Shown piece after piece: positions 1-10,538 of a stretch of 64,000 nucleotides of DNA. Every line of letters starts with the position of its first letter. Position 1 is the first letter of the stretch. The stretch spans positions 192,001-256,000 of the forward strand of contig CAWDPO010000006.1 of assembly GCA_963804165.1 (NCBI GenBank), in the 5' to 3' direction. Origin of the DNA: an uncultured delta proteobacterium (GTDB taxonomy: Bacteria; Desulfobacterota; Binatia; UBA9968). The notes beneath the pieces were generated by a model that searched no databases, was not told the DNA's origin, and saw nothing but the letters and a program-made list of their open reading frames with translations. Both the position numbers and the translations under genes were made by a program.

Positions 1-122
1 GACGATGAATTATTGCCGTCGCCCTTACTCATGCGCTTGCGCCCGATCAGCTCGAGCGGCTGCGCCGTCACCCAGCGAATAGATTCTGGCGAAAGAGTGA
101 GAGAGATATCATAAATTTTCAC
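1..122 (-). CDS. Cyclase/kynurenine formamidase family protein, 5' part only (runs off window)
   Basis: GTG at 122 after AAAGGAGG RBS; manual translation MKIYDISLTLSPESIRWVTAQPLELIGRKRMSKGDGNNSS resembles the KynB/cyclase N-terminus. Confidence 0.7.
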   Translation of the reverse strand, partial: MKIYDISLTLSPESIRWVTAQPLELIGRKRMSKGDGNNSS

Positions 123-175
123 GGGATCACCTCCTTTATGGGATCTTATTCAAGGCGAAACAAACTGACAAGCGG

Positions 176-200
176 AGGGCGACCCGCCGGTCGCCCCTAC
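176..200. repeat. GTAG-type REP palindrome
   Basis: AGGGCGACCCGCCGGTCGCCCCTAC; near-identical copy at 25862-25887. Confidence 0.8.
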
Positions 201-226
201 ACATCTCTTGTGTACTTTGCGGTTAA

Positions 227-1102
227 TCATTTTCCCAGATGAATCGCAAAATTGCCGGCGACGACGCTCAATATACCGGCGATGACCTTCCAATGGATCG
301 ACTCGACGTCGCGCAGAAAAATCGCCGATTGGATCAGCGACCAAACCGGATAGCTCGCCGCGATGGGCGCGACGATAACGACGCGTCCCATGCTGATCGC
401 AGTAATGATTAGTAGGATCGAGATCGTTTCACAGAATCCGGTGGCGAGAAACGGTCCGATCGCCCGGCGGTTCCATACCAGACGCAGCGATCGCGGCGAT
501 AGCGCGTAATAGATCAAAAATCCACCGAGCGACACGGTGCCCATCAGCGCGGAGAAGAACAACGGCTCGTTCGCCATCGTCAAAACATAGCGCCGGATCG
601 GGTGATTGATCCCTGTAAGAAATGCCGCGCCGATCGGCAACAACAAATGCCAGGTGCGAAAGTCCGGAAACTGCCGCTCGGGTTTCCATGAGATCAAAAC
701 AATGCCAAGCACGACTAACAAGGTGCCGAGGATGATCAGCAGCGTCGTGGGCTCGCCGAGAAACGTGATCGCGATGGCCGCGCTGATCAGCGGGCTCACG
801 GACTGCAGCGCGCTGCTGCGCGACGCGCCGATCTTTTCCACGCCCGTATAGGCGAGCAAACGCACGGCCAACTGAAAGAGGCCGACCAGCGTAAAGAGCA
901 AGACGCCGGCGAGCGGCACGGCGTGAATACCGCCGGTTACAAATATCGCCGACCATAAAAGCAAGTTTTGCATAAGGATCGAAACGAGAGTGACGGTGGT
1001 GGGCGTCGAGTAGCGCAAGCCGGCGCGCGCCGAAACCAGCGCGGAAGCGTAAAAAACGGAACAGATAAGCGCGAGAAGCTGCGCCGTCGCGTCGGATGTC
1101 AT
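227..1102 (-). CDS. DMT/EamA family transporter
   Basis: 291 aa, about 10 hydrophobic segments in two EamA-like halves (LGE motif). Confidence 0.85.
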   Translation of the reverse strand: MTSDATAQLLALICSVFYASALVSARAGLRYSTPTTVTLVSILMQNLLLWSAIFVTGGIHAVPLAGVLLFTLVGLFQLAVRLLAYTGVEKIGASRSSALQSVSPLISAAIAITFLGEPTTLLIILGTLLVVLGIVLISWKPERQFPDFRTWHLLLPIGAAFLTGINHPIRRYVLTMANEPLFFSALMGTVSLGGFLIYYALSPRSLRLVWNRRAIGPFLATGFCETISILLIITAISMGRVVIVAPIAASYPVWSLIQSAIFLRDVESIHWKVIAGILSVVAGNFAIHLGK

Positions 1103-1182
1103 GTCAGATGCTGATCGCGCACAAGATCATTGATGTGAAGGTCGCAACTGCCACCGCTGCTTTTACGAATCGCAGATTTGAA

Positions 1183-1265
1183 TGTCATCCTGAGGCGATA
1201 GCCGAAGGATCTCGTCTTCGCAAGCTGCAGAAGGGCAAGATTCTTCGCTGACGCTCAGAATGACA
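1183..1265. repeat. Paired REP-like element (TGTCATCCTGAG...GAAGGATCT family)
   Basis: Two inverted units TGTCATCCTGAGG..GCCGAAGGATCTC and AGATTCTTCGCTGACGCTCAGAATGACA; same family at 4193-4286. Confidence 0.75.
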
Positions 1266-1452
1266 TCTATGTGAATTGGGCGATCGACAAAGTCTCTTGA
1301 GGGAAGGGATGATTCAGTAAGCATCCTCGTCTTAATCCTCTTCCGTCGCGGGAGAGGAAACAAAAATTGCAATGTTCGAGAAAAGCAAATTTGAAGCTTA
1401 CAACACAGTAGTCGGCGAGAGATGTTACCTGATTGTTCGAACGGGCACGCTC

Positions 1453-2022
1453 CTAGCTCTTCGCCAGCGCCTGGCGAAACTTTTCGCGATACTCGACGTT
1501 GTAGAGACGCGGAAAGTTTTCCGGGTATGCTTCTACGCCGGCCTCGACCTTGAGAGTCACGAAAACCGGCCCCTCTTCTTTAAGAATCTCTGGCAACCTC
1601 CGTTCCCATTCGGCGAGCTCGGAAATTTCAAAAGTTTTCTTGTAGCCGGCCGACTTGGCCAGCTCGGCGAAACGAATTTCCCCGACGCGAGGTATGGGCA
1701 CCGAGCCGTTGGTTTCGTAGCAGCCGTTCTCACACAGGCAATGCACGTAATTTTTCGGTGCTTGATTGGCGATCGTCACCAGACTGCCGAGATTCATGAG
1801 CAGGCTGCCGTCGCCGTCGAACACGACGACCTTCTTGTCAGGCCGGCCCAGCGCCAGGCCCAAAGCATGAGACGAACCTTGTCCCATGGCCCCGACGAAA
1901 GTGTAATTCAGATCGTTAGGCGCGATATGCGTCAGCTCCTGCGCCGCCGTATAAACCGCGACGACGATCTCGTCTTTGCGCTGGCGCGTGAACGCTTTGA
2001 GCATTTCATCTCGTTTCATCAT
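1453..2022 (-). CDS. TPP-dependent decarboxylase beta subunit (sulfopyruvate/phosphonopyruvate decarboxylase-like)
   Basis: GAMG and GDGSLLMN TPP-binding motifs. Confidence 0.85.
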   Translation of the reverse strand: MMKRDEMLKAFTRQRKDEIVVAVYTAAQELTHIAPNDLNYTFVGAMGQGSSHALGLALGRPDKKVVVFDGDGSLLMNLGSLVTIANQAPKNYVHCLCENGCYETNGSVPIPRVGEIRFAELAKSAGYKKTFEISELAEWERRLPEILKEEGPVFVTLKVEAGVEAYPENFPRLYNVEYREKFRQALAKS

Positions 2023-2024
2023 GG

Positions 2025-2534
2025 CTAGCGTGGCTCCCTTCCGATGAGAATTGCCGTAGGCGAAGAATTGGCAAAAGCCTTTTCGATGACCGGCGCGATC
2101 TGCTGGCTATCGGCGTCTCGTTCAATGAGATGATGCTCGATGCCCATGACGTCGAGTATCGGTTCGATGATCTTCACTCCGTACTTCTTCGACTTGGTCG
2201 GTGCGATATCCGGCTCCTTACCCAGCAAGCCGACGACCATACAGACCGGAAAATGGCCTTCTACTGCGACGCCGCGGATGGCGTTGATCGAGTCGAGGAA
2301 GCCGGTGTATTGCATCATGAACACCGACTTGTGGCCCGCGGCGTAGAGCCCGCTGCAAATCGACACGCCCTCGTCTTCCTTGCAAACCTGCACGACTTTG
2401 AATTCCGGATCGTTGAGCAAGCCCTTTAACAAATAGTGGCTGGTGACGCGGTCCGGCAGCGCCACGACGAAACGAATGCCGGCGCGCTTGAATTGATTCT
2501 TGATCGACTCCGCCGTCAATGGGTAGTCTGACAT
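2025..2534 (-). CDS. TPP-dependent decarboxylase alpha subunit (ComD-like)
   Basis: VALPD and KEDEGVSICSG motifs; adjacent to beta subunit; ATG at 2534 with GGAGG. Confidence 0.8.
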   Translation of the reverse strand: MSDYPLTAESIKNQFKRAGIRFVVALPDRVTSHYLLKGLLNDPEFKVVQVCKEDEGVSICSGLYAAGHKSVFMMQYTGFLDSINAIRGVAVEGHFPVCMVVGLLGKEPDIAPTKSKKYGVKIIEPILDVMGIEHHLIERDADSQQIAPVIEKAFANSSPTAILIGREPR

Positions 2535-2557
2535 AGCCACCTCCAAGTCAAAAATCC

Positions 2558-2634
2558 GTTCAAGGTTCCATGTTCAAGGTCCCCACCCCCATTCCGAATC
2601 TTTGACTTTGAACGTTGAACCTTGAACTTTGAAC
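2558..2634. repeat. Short tandem heptamer (TTGAAC-N) repeats in inverted arrangement
   Basis: GTTCAAGGTTCCATGTTCAAG ... TTTGAACGTTGAACCTTGAACTTTGAAC. Confidence 0.65.
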
Positions 2635-2639
2635 AAAAT

Positions 2640-4151
2640 TTACGCGACCTCCTCCACAAAATCCGCTAACCGCTCGCCGATCATGATCGACGTTAAATTG
2701 GTATTGGCGCGGCTCACCACCGGCATGATCGATGCGTCGCCGACCCAGATGTTCTGCATGCCGTGCACGCGCAGCCGCTGATCGACCACCGCCATGTTGT
2801 CCGATGCGGGACCCATCTTACAGGTGCCGACGCCGTGGTGATAGCTGTCGTAAGTCTTGCGCGCGAACGCGCCCCATTCTTCACCCGGGCTGGGTTGAAT
2901 CATCGGGCCATAATATTCTTTGATCTGTGGCTGGCGCACCAGTTCGTCGATAAATTGCATCGCTTCGACCATCGCTTTCAAATCTTCGGGATGTTCGAGC
3001 ATGCGCGAGTCGATACCGACTTGATCATGCGGATCGGCGCTCTGAAGAAAAACCCGGCCTCGATTGCGCTGTTCGAGCAAGTGCGCCGAGATCGGCATCA
3101 TCCTTTTTAACCCCGTCACTTCCGTCGGCGGGCGCATGTTGATGTGAAAATTTGCCGCTTCGCTGATCGGATTTTTGCGAATGATCAAGCGGAAGCGAGG
3201 CACCACCCAGTCCACCTTTGACTCTTTCGGACCTTCGTATGTCATGAAGACCACAGGATGATCCTGATAGTTCTCGCCTATACCGTTTAACTCATGAATG
3301 ATAGCAATGCCGTGTTTCTTGAGCTCCGCCGACGGCCCGATGCCGGAGAGCATCAGAATCTGGGGTGAGCCGTAGACACCGGAGGTAATAAGAATTTGCC
3401 CACCGAGCGCAGTGTGCATCTCCCCGTTCTTTTCATAATTCACGCCTTCGGCTTTCTTGCCGGAAAGCTTGAGCGAATGCACCGCCGCCTCATCGATGAT
3501 CGTCAAATTCTTGCGGCCGCGCGCTTGGTTCAAATAGGCGATGACGGTCGACTGCCTTTTGCCGTCCCTAATATTATACGGCGAGGCGCACACGCCGTAC
3601 GGCTCCGGCACGTTGAGGTCCGGACATTTCGGCAGACCCATGCTGTAGGCCGCTTCGAGAAACGCCCGCACCGGCGGGGCAGCCTCCATGTCGAGCATAA
3701 AATTGCGCTTGACGTAAAGCGGTCCGTCTTTGCCGTGGATCGGGCTATCGGGAAAATCCTGGTCCGACTCGATCTTTTTCATGAAAGGCAAGCAGCGGTC
3801 GTAGGTCCAATCCGGATTTCCCGCCGTTACCCACTGATCGAGATCGTAACGCTGCGGACGGAGCACCGACATCACGTTGACCGACGATCCACCGCCCATG
3901 ATGCGCCCGGCAAGAGCGTAATAAGTGCTGCCGTCGAGGTGGCGCTGCGTCGGAAACATCGCGACGAACTCCGACTCCAGGAGCAACCGGGTTTGCTTGG
4001 ACGCATCGGCGACCAATTCGGGAATCGGCTGCGGATCGGGCCCGGCTTCGAGCAACAGCACTTGCCTATTCGAATCTTCCGAAAGCCGCGTGGCCGCAAC
4101 ACACCCCGCCGACCCGCCGCCGACAATAATTACGTCGTACTTATCCGCCAT
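2640..4151 (-). CDS. GMC family oxidoreductase (choline dehydrogenase-like)
   Basis: GGGSAG FAD motif, GGGSSVN, HHGVGTCKMG, DASIMP..NTN. Confidence 0.92.
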   Translation of the reverse strand: MADKYDVIIVGGGSAGCVAATRLSEDSNRQVLLLEAGPDPQPIPELVADASKQTRLLLESEFVAMFPTQRHLDGSTYYALAGRIMGGGSSVNVMSVLRPQRYDLDQWVTAGNPDWTYDRCLPFMKKIESDQDFPDSPIHGKDGPLYVKRNFMLDMEAAPPVRAFLEAAYSMGLPKCPDLNVPEPYGVCASPYNIRDGKRQSTVIAYLNQARGRKNLTIIDEAAVHSLKLSGKKAEGVNYEKNGEMHTALGGQILITSGVYGSPQILMLSGIGPSAELKKHGIAIIHELNGIGENYQDHPVVFMTYEGPKESKVDWVVPRFRLIIRKNPISEAANFHINMRPPTEVTGLKRMMPISAHLLEQRNRGRVFLQSADPHDQVGIDSRMLEHPEDLKAMVEAMQFIDELVRQPQIKEYYGPMIQPSPGEEWGAFARKTYDSYHHGVGTCKMGPASDNMAVVDQRLRVHGMQNIWVGDASIMPVVSRANTNLTSIMIGERLADFVEEVA

Positions 4152-4192
4152 GTGTTATCCTCGCGTTAGACGATCACAGGTCGAATCTAATA

Positions 4193-4286
4193 CGAGATTC
4201 TTCGGCTTCGCCTCAGAATGACATACGAGCAGACACTCAGCACACTGCTTCGGCGGTGTCATCCTGAGCGTTAGCGAAGGATCTCG
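4193..4286. repeat. Paired REP-like element (same family as 1183-1265)
   Basis: GAGATTCTTCGGCTTCGCCTCAGAATGACA ... TGTCATCCTGAGCGTTAGCGAAGGATCTCG. Confidence 0.75.
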
Positions 4287-4316
4287 ACCTGTCTCTTGAC
4301 CTTTCCCATACTAAAC

Positions 4317-4769
4317 TCACGCCTGTTCGCCAAGGCCTTTGCGCAGGCGCCGGGTGAATTCTTGCAGGATCAACGTCGCAGTAGCGCGCAAAACCATGTC
4401 GCCGAGGATCCCTAGGCGGCCTTTGATCTGCACATCGGCCTTGTAATCCATCTGCGATTTGGTTTCCGACATCGAGTGCAAATCCACTGTCATATCCGCA
4501 TTCACCGTGCTTTTGGTTACCGTATCTGTCCCCTGCGTCCGCACAACCATCTGCTCGGGCGGCCGGCTCTCAAGAATCGTCGAGCGAAAGTTGAATTTTC
4601 CCGAGATCGGCCCCACGTTGGCGGAAATAATCCCATCGAAAGTCTTATCGTCGATCTGCTTCACCTCATCGATACCCGGCAAGCAGGTAGAAAATTTGTT
4701 GATATCGATCAAAAACTCCCAGGCTTTTAGCACCGGGACGTCCAAATCGATCTTGCCGTCGAAAATCAT
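4317..4769 (-). CDS. CoxG/SRPBCC family protein
   Basis: CLPG motif, VGPISGKF, GRLGILG; lies in a Mo-hydroxylase cluster. Confidence 0.85.
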   Translation of the reverse strand: MIFDGKIDLDVPVLKAWEFLIDINKFSTCLPGIDEVKQIDDKTFDGIISANVGPISGKFNFRSTILESRPPEQMVVRTQGTDTVTKSTVNADMTVDLHSMSETKSQMDYKADVQIKGRLGILGDMVLRATATLILQEFTRRLRKGLGEQA

Positions 4770-4874
4770 CGCACCAATTCCTCCAAGCCAAACTCCCGCG
4801 CGATCTTATGTGACAAAAAAATCGGTGACAAGTCCCAAGGAGCCTCGATTAGAATTAATCGGGGTGAACGCAGC

Positions 4875-5444
4875 CTATGGCAGGACGTTTACAATTTTCC
4901 CGGGTAGTCGTTTGGCGGTTCTTTCCCGATGCGACGGCAACCGCGGCTTTGGCCAGCGCGACCGGACTGGCCGATCTGCCGCGCTATCGCTGACGTAGGC
5001 CCACTTCACTTTACCAGAAGGATCGACGACGTAGGTGACCGGAGCGGCAATCAGGCCCGCCCAATGGCCTTCGTTTTCTGTGCCCACCGCTCGAATGAGC
5101 TCTGCATCCGGATCACACAAAAGGCGTACCGGATACGGATCCAACGGAATATGCGGTCGGCCTTCTTAGCAATCGCGGGTGACTCTCTCGAGAAATTTCT
5201 TTCCCTCCTCGGGCGGCTCGACGCTGACACCAAAGATATGCACTTTTCCTTTGAGATAGCGTTCCCACTCGTAACAAAGGCGGTCACCTGGGCCCGGCAC
5301 CAGGGTCACCAGCGGCCGCGGTAAAAGAAAATCACCGTGGAAGGCGCTTTAGCGAAGGTACGGGAAATTCGACCATCGCGCCATTGATATCTTTGAGAGT
5401 TGCTTTGGGGACTGATCTCCGACCTTTAATTTTGCGATCGTCAT
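4875..5444 (-). CDS. Peroxiredoxin-like AhpC/TSA redoxin, probable selenoprotein (UxxC), with several frameshifts
   Basis: Manual reading MTIAKLKVGDQ.PKATLKDING...TVIFFYRGRW-TGA-PWCRAQ...IFGVSVE...LLCDPDAELIRAVG...PVTYVVDPSGKVKWAYV; TGA at 5308-5306. Confidence 0.75.
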
Positions 5445-5504
5445 TTCTTCCAATATTTGGTGGACGGGTTTCAACCCGCCTTTACGCGCCAACGCCGCGC
5501 CACG

Positions 5505-6053
5505 TTAATCTCGAATCTCGTGTTCCCACTCATTCAGAATCAACTTTCCCGACACCGGCATTCGTTTACGCATAGAGTTAACCGTATGGCAGCCTTTATC
5601 AGCCGCTTGAGCGACTTTGATCACATTCTCAAGTGGCGAGGGGCTCTTGATCCTGAAAACATAACTGATGCCCTGCGCGGCGTCGGAAAAGTTTTTGATC
5701 GGGAACTTACCGGTCAAGTCGTAGGTCATGCGTAGATCCATTTCCAGATCGTCGATGGTCACTTCGGCTTTCGCGGCAAGGCGCCTCAGTTGGCTGAACA
5801 TGCAAAAACCGATGGAGGCAATGAAATACTGCAACGGCGAGGGACGTTTGCCGGCCTGTTTCTTGAAGTTCTCGTCGTCGCAATAAACCGTGTAATCTTC
5901 AGTTTGTTCGATCTTGACCAGCGCTTCGTTCAAACGAATGATGGCGCGCTGCTGCAGCAGATAACCGTCCGAATCACCGGAACCGTGCTCCCGCTCTTCT
6001 TCGTAGACGACCCGAAACTTTCCGAGATCGATGGTTCCCGGAATCGTTGGCAT
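5505..6053 (-). CDS. OsmC family protein
   Basis: PSPLQYFIASIGFC and a second Cys in GCHTV. Confidence 0.8.
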   Translation of the reverse strand: MPTIPGTIDLGKFRVVYEEEREHGSGDSDGYLLQQRAIIRLNEALVKIEQTEDYTVYCDDENFKKQAGKRPSPLQYFIASIGFCMFSQLRRLAAKAEVTIDDLEMDLRMTYDLTGKFPIKNFSDAAQGISYVFRIKSPSPLENVIKVAQAADKGCHTVNSMRKRMPVSGKLILNEWEHEIRD

Positions 6054-6056
6054 GGT

Positions 6057-8283
6057 TTACTTTGCGCCGTGCAGTGCCTGATAAATCTTTTCCGCCGTGA
6101 TCGGTAAACTCTTAATTCTCACCCCGCAGGCATCTTCCACTGCGTTGGCAATGGCCGCGGCTGTGGGAATATTGCCGGTCTCGCCGATCGGCATGCTGTC
6201 GTAAGGGCCGGCTCCGTGCGGCTCTTCCGTCACCGAGCCTTTAAAAGCCGGAACATCCTTGATCGTCGGGATCTTGTACTCGCCGAAGTGAGTCGTCGCG
6301 ACTTTACCGTCGTTGATGATCACTTCTTCCATCAGCGTGTAGCCGATGCCCGTCATGCTCGCGCCTTCGATCTGCCCCTGATGCATCAACGGGTTAAGTA
6401 CTGTGCCGGTATTATGCGTCGAAGTGAATTTTTTTAGCTCGACTTGTCCGGTTTCCGGGTCGACTTCCACTTCCGCCACCTGGACACACATGGACGCTGC
6501 GTGAACCTTGGAACTGTCGTTAAAAGTCGCATCGACGGCGATCGGTGCTCCCTTGGCTTTGACAATTTCGCCGTAAGTCATGCGTCGTTCCATGCGCGGA
6601 TGGAGCGCCGCTCCCTTCGCGAGTGTGATTTGATCCGGCGCGGCGCCCATTTGCTCCGCCGCCGATTGCTTGATCGCCTCGACTGCCTTGAGCGCGGCCG
6701 TATAACCGGCGTTACCATAGACCCGCGTCGCCCGGCTGCCGCCGACCCCGGTATCTTTAACGCCCGTTTGCGTATCCAATTGCCGAATCCTGATCTGGCT
6801 CAACGGAATTTTGAGCTCCTCTGCAACGATTTCGCTCAGAACTGTGTAAGTACCCGCACCTTGATCCGCCATCGCGGAGGAAATGGTGGCAATCCCGTTC
6901 TCATCCAGCGAGATCGCCACCGTTCCTATGCCCCCGGCAGGCGTCCATTGCACCAAGGCGACGCCGCGCCCGACATTTTTCGGCTTGGGTCTTCTGGTAG
7001 CCTGAATCATCCAGCGCCTTTTTTAAGGTCTCGTCCGTCTTGATATAGCTGTACTCCTCGCCCGTCGGATCGATATCGCCGTCGTGCATGAAGTTTTTCT
7101 GACGCAGTTTGATCGGGTCCATGCCCAACCGTTTGGCGATCATATCCAACTGGCTCTCATTGGCAAAAAATCCCTGAGGATCGCCGGGTGAGCGCATATG
7201 GCCGCAGGGGATTTTATTGGTGTAGACCATATGTTCTTCGAGAAACACGTGCGGGATCTTGTAAGGTCCGGCCGACAGGTGCGGGCCATTGAGGAAAGCG
7301 TTGGGCTTGAAAGCTCCGTAAGCGCCGCTGTCGAAGATGAAATTCATGTGGTGCGCGACCAAAGTGCCGTCCTTTCTCACGCCGGTTTTAACATGGATGA
7401 TCGAGGCGTGGCGCGGATTGCCGGCGGTGAATTCTTCCTCGTAATCCATCACCAGCTTTACTGGACGGCCGGCTTTTTTGGAAAGAAGATAAACGACGGC
7501 GAGATCCATGAAATCGCCCTTCCCGCCGAAGTCACCACCGATGTAAACGGGATTGAAGTTGAGCTTCTCCTGCGGCAGCTTGAGGGCGTTGGCGACTTGC
7601 TCGCGCACGCCATAGGGGACCTTGCTGCACGACCAGAACTCCGCCGAGCCGTCTGCCGCGGCATTGACCACACAGGAATGAGGTTCGATGTAGCTCTGAT
7701 GAACCACCGGCGTGGTGAACGTATTCTCGACGATAACGTCCGCATGGCGAAAACCGGTTTCGAGATCGCCCTTGCCCCAGGTGACGTAGACAAAATCGTT
7801 GGTAGGCTCCTTCAAGGGTTTGGGTAGGCCCTTGTAGTTGGTGACATCTGGATGAAGTAATTTCGCGCCGGGCTTGAGCGCTTCGACCGGATCGAGCAAC
7901 GGCTCGGTTTCTTCGTATTCGACTTCGATCAGATTGAGCGCCTCTTCGGCGATAAGCTCGTCGTCCGCCGCCACTGCCGCTACCTTTTCGCCGATAAACC
8001 GCACTTCTCCGTCGGCGAGGATCGGCATGTCATAGAGCCGCCGGCCTATTTTCAAACCTGTGCAGTCCTGGCCGGTGACGACCGCGTGCACTCCCGGCAG
8101 CGCTACGGCTTTGCTCGTGTCGATGCGTTTGATCTTTCCCGAGGCGATTGGGCTACGCAGCAACTTCCCCCACAACATGCCCGGCACGGTAATATCAACC
8201 GCGTATTTCGCCGCGCCGCTGACTTTTAGCTCGCCTTCGACTCTTGGGGTTGGATTGCCGACGATTTGTTTCGACGACGCCAT
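6057..8283 (-). CDS. Xanthine dehydrogenase/CoxL family molybdopterin-binding subunit (one frameshift near 7000)
   Basis: ORFs 6901-8307 and 6057-7010 are contiguous halves: GGDFGGK, EVEVDPETG, GQIEG, YKIPT, IGE. Confidence 0.9.
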
Positions 8284-8621
8284 CAGAAGACCTCCTGGTG
8301 CAGACAAATTCTTGGCATTTCTCCGTGTTGCTTGCGCTTTCGCCGCTCCTCGTCATTCTTCCACGCGTTTAGCCATTTCATTCGCGTGCTCGAACGATCG
8401 GTCGAGAGCAAAGAAGAAACTTAAAGGAAGAGCCCCTAGCGCCACGACAAGCTAACGTAAGACAGCCACAAATTCAACAAATCGCGCAACGTGAGGAATC
8501 TTGAGCTGCGTACCCGCGTGTCGATACGCCGCCCCCGGAACTTGATGAAGATTTTCGCGGAATTTATAGGCATTCGTTGCAATGAGGAGCAGGAGCGGTT
8601 TTGCTTTCGGAATGAAAATCT

Positions 8622-10538
8622 TCAACGCGCAAAGGACGATAAACAATCCTGGAATAATTGCAAACTGGCTGCATCGACCTTTTGTCGGGCGATGGGGAAT
8701 CGCTCGCCGGGATCGAGCTTTAAATCGTACGTCGTGACGATATCATCGCGAATACTGAATAGATGTTTGATCGGGTATCTTAAGAGCACAATGTGACCAC
8801 CCCCAAAAGGCTGAACAGACACGACACAACGTTGCCTTGGTGACTCGGAACGTAACTTAGCAGCGTCCAAAAACGACTTTCCGTAAAATTTAGCGTTTGT
8901 TATTCCATACATTTCCAAAATGGTTGGCATAATATCGAGATGGCTATAAAGAGTCGGGACATGTTTCCCAATCGAATACTTCTGTCGATCCGCGACTGAA
9001 GGAATTATCGCCAAGGATGAAACGAAGTTCTCCTGGAACGCCAAGTTTTCGTTGAAGATGTTTCCTTTGTGGATTCCGATCGGCCAGGAATGATCGCCGA
9101 ACACTATGAGCGTGGAATTTGCCGCGTGCTTTTTCAAATAATAGTCTCGAAACATAGAACCAAAATAGTGATCCTGCAAAAAGGTCGTATTAGACAGCTG
9201 CTCCCTTAACGTCGCGGGACTAGGAAATGGCGGCTTCTGGCCAGCTTTCTGCGTGTCCTCAATGCTTTTCTTCTGATGGTCAAATGGAAAATGATTGGTG
9301 GAGGACATCGTAATATACGCGAATATCTTTTGCCGCGAATAATGGTTTTCCAAGTGATCGAAGACTCTGCGATAAAAGATATCTTCCGCGTAACCCCACG
9401 GAAGAAGCTCATCGCCACTCCGTGCAATATCTGCGCTGTGTAGTTCATCAAAGCCAAGCTGTCTGAAAATGACATCCCGTCTACCGAAACTGAAATCGGG
9501 ATAACTTTGATAGTAAAGGGATTTAAATCCGTGTTTACGTAAGACTTCCGGCAAACAGACCAGGCCACTGCTATGTTTCGATGACTGCGTAATACTTTCC
9601 CGCAGGCTAGGTAGAACGGAGCAAAGAATCGTTTCCTGCGCCCGAATTGTCATAACCGCTGATGACTGAATTCTGGGAAATAAGACGCCGTATTGTTCCG
9701 CGATCTGGATCAAATTAGGGGTAATTTGCTTGTTGACCAACTCCGCGTTTAAACTCTCCAGCTGAACCACGATCAAGTTTCGAGTATCCGCGAAAGATGA
9801 AAAAAGCTGATTAACTTTGTTGACCCGAAGTGAATCGTTGAACCAGCGAGTATAGGTCACAACGAGGTCGGACGGCGGAACAAAAAACTGTAAAACAAAT
9901 CTCTTTGGTTCGCTGTCCAAGCATGTCCCCGTGATCGCAAAAATGACCAATCCGGCGAGCAAATGCGCGACTCCAAGGCTCTCACCAAGCTTGATCGCGT
10001 GATTTCGATAGATATTTTCAACACGGTCCCAGAGGTTGAGAACCCCTCTAAAATGAAGCCACAGTAGAAGCATTAGCCCGATTAGCACCAGATAGACATG
10101 CCCGGTAAGTATTTCGAGAGTTCTAAACGCGTCACCGAGGTGATACCATAGGAAGCCAAAATCCAGCGTGAATTGTCGATGGATCCGATACGAAAGTAAG
10201 AGTATTTCTACCAACGAATAAGTCGTGACTAAACCGGCTATGGTGCTCGTGACCGCCCGGCCAAAATTGCCGGCCAATGCGACGGGCAGAAGCCAAAACA
10301 GCACCACAATCGGAGCCACGGCTGCAGTGATTACAGCAACTAAACCGGCTTCCGATCTCATCGTAAATATTTCGGCTACAATTGAAAGAAGGATGATGAG
10401 CGATTGCAAGACAATTGTCACACTAAACGCGGCTCGATCTACTACTTTCAGATTCACTTTGAAAATCTTCCTGCGGATCCCTGACAATCCGTGACTGACG
10501 CGCTTGCATGCGCAAGCAAGTGGAACAGCGTTCAGCAC
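8622..10538 (-). CDS. LTA synthase/sulfatase-like membrane protein (start uncertain)
   Basis: N-terminal TM helices; NLIVVQLES, TNHFPF, FGDH, SHLDIMPTILE; visibly lower GC than flanks. Confidence 0.8.
   Translation of the reverse strand: MLNAVPLACACKRVSHGLSGIRRKIFKVNLKVVDRAAFSVTIVLQSLIILLSIVAEIFTMRSEAGLVAVITAAVAPIVVLFWLLPVALAGNFGRAVTSTIAGLVTTYSLVEILLLSYRIHRQFTLDFGFLWYHLGDAFRTLEILTGHVYLVLIGLMLLLWLHFRGVLNLWDRVENIYRNHAIKLGESLGVAHLLAGLVIFAITGTCLDSEPKRFVLQFFVPPSDLVVTYTRWFNDSLRVNKVNQLFSSFADTRNLIVVQLESLNAELVNKQITPNLIQIAEQYGVLFPRIQSSAVMTIRAQETILCSVLPSLRESITQSSKHSSGLVCLPEVLRKHGFKSLYYQSYPDFSFGRRDVIFRQLGFDELHSADIARSGDELLPWGYAEDIFYRRVFDHLENHYSRQKIFAYITMSSTNHFPFDHQKKSIEDTQKAGQKPPFPSPATLREQLSNTTFLQDHYFGSMFRDYYLKKHAANSTLIVFGDHSWPIGIHKGNIFNENLAFQENFVSSLAIIPSVADRQKYSIGKHVPTLYSHLDIMPTILEMYGITNAKFYGKSFLDAAKLRSESPRQRCVVSVQPFGGGHIVLLRYPIKHLFSIRDDIVTTYDLKLDPGERFPIARQKVDAASLQLFQDCLSSFAR

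Noticed and set aside
1163-1372. 69-aa ORF
   Set aside because: Translation of REP sequences (VILSVSEES pattern), not a gene.
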